This document shows, piece after piece, positions 59,587 to 64,000 of a stretch of 64,000 nucleotides of DNA. This DNA comes from an uncultured Candidatus Saccharibacteria bacterium. GTDB lineage: Bacteria; Patescibacteriota; Minisyncoccia; Phycocordibacterales; UBA918. The stretch lies in assembly GCA_964552045.1 (NCBI GenBank), contig CAZKFF010000003.1, forward strand, positions 11,880-75,879. Reading direction: 5' to 3'. The notes beneath the pieces are model-generated. The model made no database searches, was not told the origin of the DNA, and worked only from the letters and a program-made list of their open reading frames with translations. Made by a program: the position numbers and the translations under genes. The first letter of the stretch is position 1; each line of letters opens with the position of its first letter.

Positions 59587-59815
59587 GTATTGCATGGGAA
59601 GGACAAAGCAGGTATACTCCAGACAGTACTGGAGCATCCTCTTCTTCCCTTGCCACGGCCCCGCTGACTGAAGGAAGGGCGGGAGATGCAAACCTGGAAG
59701 TCTCGGACTTCCCGCTCCAGAGGATCTTGTTCTCCCGCCCACCTTTCGCGGCCTCGTTTGGGGCCGTTTTTTCTTGCAAAAAAAGATAAATATAGTATTG
59801 TGTGCAGGCTTATTT

Positions 59816-60229
59816 ATGGCAACAATTAATCAATTAGCACGAAAAAGTCGCGCGTCTAAGACCAACAAGTCCAAGACGGGTGCGTTGCAGCTTGGCTTCA
59901 ACTCTATCGAGAACAAGCCAAACCACTACAACTCGCCGTTCAAGCGAGGCGTATGTACGCGTGTGACCACCAAGACTCCGCGCAAGCCGAACTCTGCGAT
60001 CCGAAAGATCGCGCGTGTTCGTCTTTCGAACGGTCAGGAGATCACTGCGTACATCCCGGGTATCGGCCACTCACTGCAGGAACACTCAGTGGTGCTCGTC
60101 CGCGGAGGCCGCGTGAAGGACATCGGCGTACAGTACACGATCGTTCGTGGAAAGTACGACGCAACGGGAGTAGATGCTCGACGCATGGGACGATCACGCT
60201 ACGGCGCGAAGCGACCTAAAGGTGAGTAG
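59816..60229 (+). CDS. rpsL: 30S ribosomal protein S12
   Basis: [13 protein letters not shown]...[10 protein letters not shown]...[22 protein letters not shown]. The structured GC-rich leader at 59590-59810 ends in a hairpin plus T-run. Confidence 0.9.
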   Translation: MATINQLARKSRASKTNKSKTGALQLGFNSIENKPNHYNSPFKRGVCTRVTTKTPRKPNSAIRKIARVRLSNGQEITAYIPGIGHSLQEHSVVLVRGGRVKDIGVQYTIVRGKYDATGVDARRMGRSRYGAKRPKGE

Positions 60230-60592
60230 AGACTAAATGTCTCTACGCAAGACCTTGCCTGATATTTTCTGAGCGAGCGAAAGAAAATATCGACGAGGTG
60301 TACAGCTTCTGTAAGAAGAATAATTTCTTCATCGTACAGAACCGGCACATTACTAATAAATAGTCTATATTCGCTACAGATAACGGATGAGGTTCAAGCC
60401 AGAAATGGCTTCGGAACCGCACTATGCGAAGAATGAAATGTGGCATTGTCATATTCTCATTTGTTTGCATGTAAGTTACTCATGCGGGTTGGGGCATATT
60501 GTGGGAGTGCGTGATCTGAAAATGCATTAGGAATAGCATTTTGAGATTTACAAGTTTTCTACAATTCGCTCCGCTCATTAAGAAAACTAATA

Positions 60593-61066
60593 ATGCGACG
60601 ACCAATTAAAAAACGGAATGTTGTCGAACCGGATGTCGTGTTCGAATCAACAGAGGTCTCAAAGCTCATCAACTACGTGATGCTCCGGGGCCAGAAGGAG
60701 ACTGCACGCAAGATCGTGTATGCAGCCTTCGAGGAGATCAAGAATGCAAAAGACGGCGGCGGAGATCCGCTCGTTATCTTCGACACTGCGCTGAAGAACG
60801 CAGGTCCGCAGATGGAGGTGCGCAGTCGGCGTGTTGGTGGAGCGAACTACCAGGTGCCGCGCGAAGTCCGTCCAGAACGGCGTCATGCTTTGGCCCTGCG
60901 CTGGATCATCAGCGGCGCACGCGGACAGAAGGGGGTACCTATGCACGCAGCGCTTGCAAAGGAGATCATGCTTGCAGCCAAAGGAGAAGGAAATGCGGTC
61001 AAGAAGAAGGATGATACGCATAAGATGGCGGAGGCGAACCGAGCATTCGCGCATTTTGCCTGGTAA
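60593..61066 (+). CDS. rpsG: 30S ribosomal protein S7
   Basis: MRRPIKKRNV...LINYVMLRGQKETARKIVY...VRSRRVGGANYQVP...AKGEGNAVKKKDDTHKMAEANRAFAHF. Confidence 0.9.
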   Translation: MRRPIKKRNVVEPDVVFESTEVSKLINYVMLRGQKETARKIVYAAFEEIKNAKDGGGDPLVIFDTALKNAGPQMEVRSRRVGGANYQVPREVRPERRHALALRWIISGARGQKGVPMHAALAKEIMLAAKGEGNAVKKKDDTHKMAEANRAFAHFAW

Positions 61067-61182
61067 TATTGGAGCCGTTTAGGCGAACACTGTTCCAGTT
61101 GCAAATGCGGTGATGCCCTTGCGGGTGTGTCCACTTCGCCAGGTAAACCTCATTTTGAACGAATTACTTCGTTGAGCACGCA

Positions 61183-61228
61183 AAAAAAGCCGCTCGTCGT
61201 ACAGCAAGTACGCCTCGCGGCTTTTTTG
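61183..61228. terminator. Terminator directly after rpsG (no fusA or tuf follows)
   Basis: aaaaaaagccgc...gcggctttttt. Confidence 0.8.
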
Positions 61229-61273
61229 CTATTCGCCTCGTCCTTCATTTCAAGATTTACCCGAACCTCTTAC

Positions 61274-61495
61274 TTAAGCGTCTGATGTGCCAAGGTGTTC
61301 ATGATTTCTCCTTTTAGCCTCGGGCGACATGTGGTCGGCGTCATACTCTTCTTCAGCGAAGAGCCCGAACATGAAGCCGAGCAACAGAAAAGTGACGATC
61401 TTGTCAGTGAGTACGCCTATAATAAGACCTATAAAGAGGCCGAGCGCAACTCCTGGACCTTTGAACAGAAACTGATTTTTCATAGAGGCACTCAT
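61274..61495 (-). CDS. Candidate small membrane protein (73 aa; the C-terminal part of the longer track ORF)
   Basis: MSASMKNQFLFKGPGVALGLFIGLIIGVLTDKIVTFLLLGFMFGLF with an acidic tail. The upstream part of the track ORF overlaps a plus-strand gene. Weak RBS. Confidence 0.3.
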   Translation of the reverse strand: MSASMKNQFLFKGPGVALGLFIGLIIGVLTDKIVTFLLLGFMFGLFAEEEYDADHMSPEAKRRNHEHLGTSDA

Positions 61496-61558
61496 AGCAT
61501 CCGTACATGAACCTGCTGTGAAAATCCTTCCCGAATACGGCCATGCTAAAATAAGCGG

Positions 61559-61990
61559 ATGGAAAGCTTGGGAAATAATGAGAAGCCGCTGTCGATGGTA
61601 GAGCGCAAACGGCAGGAGGCGTTTGCCGCAGTGTGCGATGTGCTCGATGAGCGACTCAACCGTGATATCGGCCGGACATTCGAATCGCACGGGCGCGAGT
61701 ACGAGCTCACTTCGCCCGAAGACTGCATGGTCGCGTTTGCGCAGATGATGCAGCAGGAGATACGCCGTCTCTACCAGGAGATCGTCGCAAAGGAGGACTA
61801 CCGGGAGGAGCAGGCCGCAGCGAAACTTCTGGAACTGATCAATACGTACGAGCGCCTGATCGCGCTCTATGCGGAGCTGCGCAGCTACTATCCGAGCGCA
61901 GCGTCGCGCATCGAGGCGCATATCCCATCATTGCAGGAGATCGCTGCACATGGAGAGAAACTGTGGGTGGGCATGCAGGATAACGCATAG
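61559..61990 (+). CDS. Hypothetical protein (143 aa)
   Basis: ORF only; helical and charged. Confidence 0.45.
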   Translation: MESLGNNEKPLSMVERKRQEAFAAVCDVLDERLNRDIGRTFESHGREYELTSPEDCMVAFAQMMQQEIRRLYQEIVAKEDYREEQAAAKLLELINTYERLIALYAELRSYYPSAASRIEAHIPSLQEIAAHGEKLWVGMQDNA

Positions 61991-61994
61991 AAGT

Positions 61995-63047
61995 ATGGAT
62001 ACTGATCTTCAAAAAGAGATAGCGGCGCACGGTGCGCAGATACGGAAGCTCGAAAAGGCTCCGGGCATCTACACCGCTTCGGCGCATACGGTTGCAACCG
62101 GATACGACAAGGCATGGCTGCGCGATATCTATTTCATCGTCCTTTCCTTTCTTGAGACAGGGGACATCGCTACTGTGAAGCGCTCGGCCCGTGCGCTCCT
62201 CGACGTGTTCATAAAACACAAGGATAAGATCAGCTGGGCCATAGAGCACAAGCCGCATGAGACATGGCAGTACATCCACGCGCGTTTCCATCCGGAAACC
62301 TTCGAGGAGTTCTGGGAGGAATGGGGTAACCGGCAGCATGATGCAGTGGGCGAAGTCCTCAACCTCATTTGCGAGATGGAGCTTCGCGGAGAGAGTGTTG
62401 TTGCCGGCGATGAAGATAAGGACATGGTGCAGAAGATCGTCGATTATCTCATTCGCGTTGAGTATTGGAACGATCCGGACAACGGCATCTGGGAGGAGAA
62501 CTTGGAGATCCACGCCTCGTCAGTGGGATCGGTTGTGGCAGCGCTCCGCAAAGCACAAGAGATCTCATGGTTGTCTGTTCCCGACTGGGATATACAGAAA
62601 GGAGAGGAGACGCTCCGCTCGCTTCTGCCGCGTGAATCGCAGGGGAAGTTCGCCGATCTGGCGCTCATGTCGCTTATCTATCCGTTCGACGTGGTCACGC
62701 AAGAAGAAGCTGATGAGATCCTCAGCAACGTCGAGTATCACCTCACGCGCGATAAAGGAGTCATTCGCTACAAGAACGACCGCTATTACAATGCCAATGA
62801 AGACGGATACAGCGAAGAAGCGGAGTGGTGCTTCGGATTGTCGTGGCTTTCAATCATTTATGCGCTCCGCGGCGAAAAAGAAAAAGCGCTGCGGTACCTA
62901 CAGCGAGCCAGAGAGACGGTCACAAGCAGCGGGGAGGTGCCGGAACTCTACTACTCACATTCGAACAGGCCCAACGGTAATACGCCGCTTGGATGGGCGG
63001 AAAGCATGTACGTCATTGCACTTCAAAAGGTGCACGATATGAAATAA
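61995..63047 (+). CDS. Glycoside hydrolase family 15 (glucoamylase/glucodextranase/trehalase-like) catalytic domain protein (start MDTDLQK)
   Basis: (alpha/alpha)6 barrel signatures: WLRDIYF, NGIWEEN, EYSGEV-like VPELYYS, and LGWAESMYV near the C-terminus. A terminator follows at about 63049-63078. Confidence 0.7.
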   Translation: MDTDLQKEIAAHGAQIRKLEKAPGIYTASAHTVATGYDKAWLRDIYFIVLSFLETGDIATVKRSARALLDVFIKHKDKISWAIEHKPHETWQYIHARFHPETFEEFWEEWGNRQHDAVGEVLNLICEMELRGESVVAGDEDKDMVQKIVDYLIRVEYWNDPDNGIWEENLEIHASSVGSVVAALRKAQEISWLSVPDWDIQKGEETLRSLLPRESQGKFADLALMSLIYPFDVVTQEEADEILSNVEYHLTRDKGVIRYKNDRYYNANEDGYSEEAEWCFGLSWLSIIYALRGEKEKALRYLQRARETVTSSGEVPELYYSHSNRPNGNTPLGWAESMYVIALQKVHDMK

Positions 63048-63077
63048 AACAAAAGCCGGCACAAGTGCCGGCTTTTG

Positions 63078-63644
63078 TTACACCTGCAGGTACTGCGAGA
63101 TCTCCTCAAATATTTCTTCAGGGATGCGGCGGTTGGTGTCCAGATAGAGTCCTTCATGGCTGAATATCTCACGAAGCTGCTTTAGCTCATCTTCAGCACC
63201 GTTGCGCTCAAGCTCCATGAACGCATCATAACTGATCGGACGTTCGCCATGTTTTTCCAGACGGTTATTGTACCGCGCAAACCGCGTATCGACATCGGCG
63301 TCGATATACAGGAGGAGGAGGCGGTCATTCTTCTGTGCGGTGATGAGCCGCAGCGTATCAACATCCACCAAACGCCGGTTGCCCTCAATGATGATGTTGG
63401 GATAGTCCACCGCAGCAACTTTCTCCGCAAGCGCTTTGCTCAGGAAATCCTCGCCCCGCGTTTCCCGTTCTGAGAGAAAGAGGTTCTGAAGCGTTGACTT
63501 ATCCTCCGGGTCAAGCCCGCGCTCGAATGCGATGGTCGAAAGAATGTCCGAGTACTTGATGCGGAATGCATCAGTCTTCTCTGCAAGCATGTGTGCAATG
63601 GTCGTCTTGCCGCTGGCGGTTGGTCCCGCAATACCGATGATCAT
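63078..63644 (-). CDS. P-loop NTPase, putative nucleoside/nucleotide kinase (CoaE/dNK-like fold)
   Basis: Walker A GIAGPTASGKTT at the N-terminus; lid-like RRL/DR region. Exact substrate family not assignable. Confidence 0.55.
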   Translation of the reverse strand: MIIGIAGPTASGKTTIAHMLAEKTDAFRIKYSDILSTIAFERGLDPEDKSTLQNLFLSERETRGEDFLSKALAEKVAAVDYPNIIIEGNRRLVDVDTLRLITAQKNDRLLLLYIDADVDTRFARYNNRLEKHGERPISYDAFMELERNGAEDELKQLREIFSHEGLYLDTNRRIPEEIFEEISQYLQV

Positions 63645-63725
63645 AGTGTGTCCATTATAGGGAAGTTCTGCTTCCGGGCAAGAGAAAGGCGCCGCGAACG
63701 GCGCCTTTGATATGTGAAGCGGAGC

Positions 63726-64000
63726 TCAGTTTGCTGTGAAGATGTCGAGTTTCCCCTCGACGATCTCAGTGATGAGGCCGATCTCCTTGGCCTCCTGTGC
63801 GGTGAGAGAACTGTTGAAGCGCTGATCGCCGCGCTCGAGAAGTACATCGATCTTCTCTTCGGGCAGGTTGAGCTTGCGCACATAGAGCTCGGTGACCAGC
63901 CGTGCCACGGTGGTGGTCTCATTCAGCAGGTCCTCCAGGTTCTTGGGCGTCATCTTGTCCATCTTGAATTCGACGCCGCCGGTAGTGCCTGAGTGAATGA
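63726..64000 (-). CDS. Second ClpP-like protease paralog, C-terminal part only (gene runs off the window end)
   Basis: The frame continues upstream of the track Met as ...IHSGTTGGVEFK MDKMTPKNLEDLLNE...RFNSSLTAQEAKEIGLITEIV, resembling the ClpP MIHQP..GGAQG...RDRFLSAEEA..GLID C-terminal region. Confidence 0.5.
   Translation of the reverse strand, partial: IHSGTTGGVEFKMDKMTPKNLEDLLNETTTVARLVTELYVRKLNLPEEKIDVLLERGDQRFNSSLTAQEAKEIGLITEIVEGKLDIFTAN

Noticed and set aside
59670-59720. GAAGGAAG motif in the rpsL leader reminiscent of SRP RNA domain IV
   Set aside because: The flanking sequence lacks the conserved AGGUC-GGUCC context and the symmetric-loop architecture of 4.5S/SRP RNA. Judged coincidental.
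60243-60470. 75-aa minus-strand ORF in the rpsL-rpsG spacer
   Set aside because: AT-rich, low-complexity translation with no RBS, antisense to the ribosomal operon direction. More likely non-coding spacer.

Overview
This 64 kb window is a gene-dense chromosomal segment (about 56-58% GC by eye) from an apparently streamlined, possibly uncultivated bacterium. It carries a compact competence and type IV pilus module, many small membrane or secreted hypothetical proteins, and a short rpsL-rpsG operon. Most of the window is housekeeping: pcrA/uvrD (partial), comM/yifB, pnp, rpsO, xerC, xth, cca, corA, an ECF sigma with an anti-sigma-like partner, hup, pheA, rny, clpP, tig, ppa, nusA, pilB, pilC, tpiA, pgk, recJ, rnhA, comEC, sodA, rpmB, rpsL and rpsG. 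Four tRNAs were found by hand folding: Arg-TCG, Gly-GCC, Pro-TGG and Gly-TCC. There are no rRNA genes, no CRISPR array and no clear phage or transposase genes. The main observations worth a second look are:
- A two-subunit ATP-citrate lyase operon (aclB-aclA) with strong eukaryote-like ACLY similarity, isolated among hypothetical genes.
- A roughly 85-nt nested stem-loop element present in two copies (2463-2547 and 31517-31602) with compensatory base-pair changes.
- A low-GC gene islet at tRNA-Gly(TCC), bordered by an inverted copy of the tRNA 3' end.
- A cluster of hypothetical genes bracketed by tRNA-Arg and tRNA-Gly(GCC).
- Long perfect palindromes sharing a TATAAAGGACA core.
- A 1.4 kb ORF-poor region full of hairpins (28778-30208).
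- A (His-Asp)9 insertion in trigger factor encoded by a hexanucleotide microsatellite.
- A split ComEC.
Coordinates taken from the ORF track are exact. Coordinates I derived by hand (tRNAs, hairpins, internal starts) may be off by 1-2 nt.
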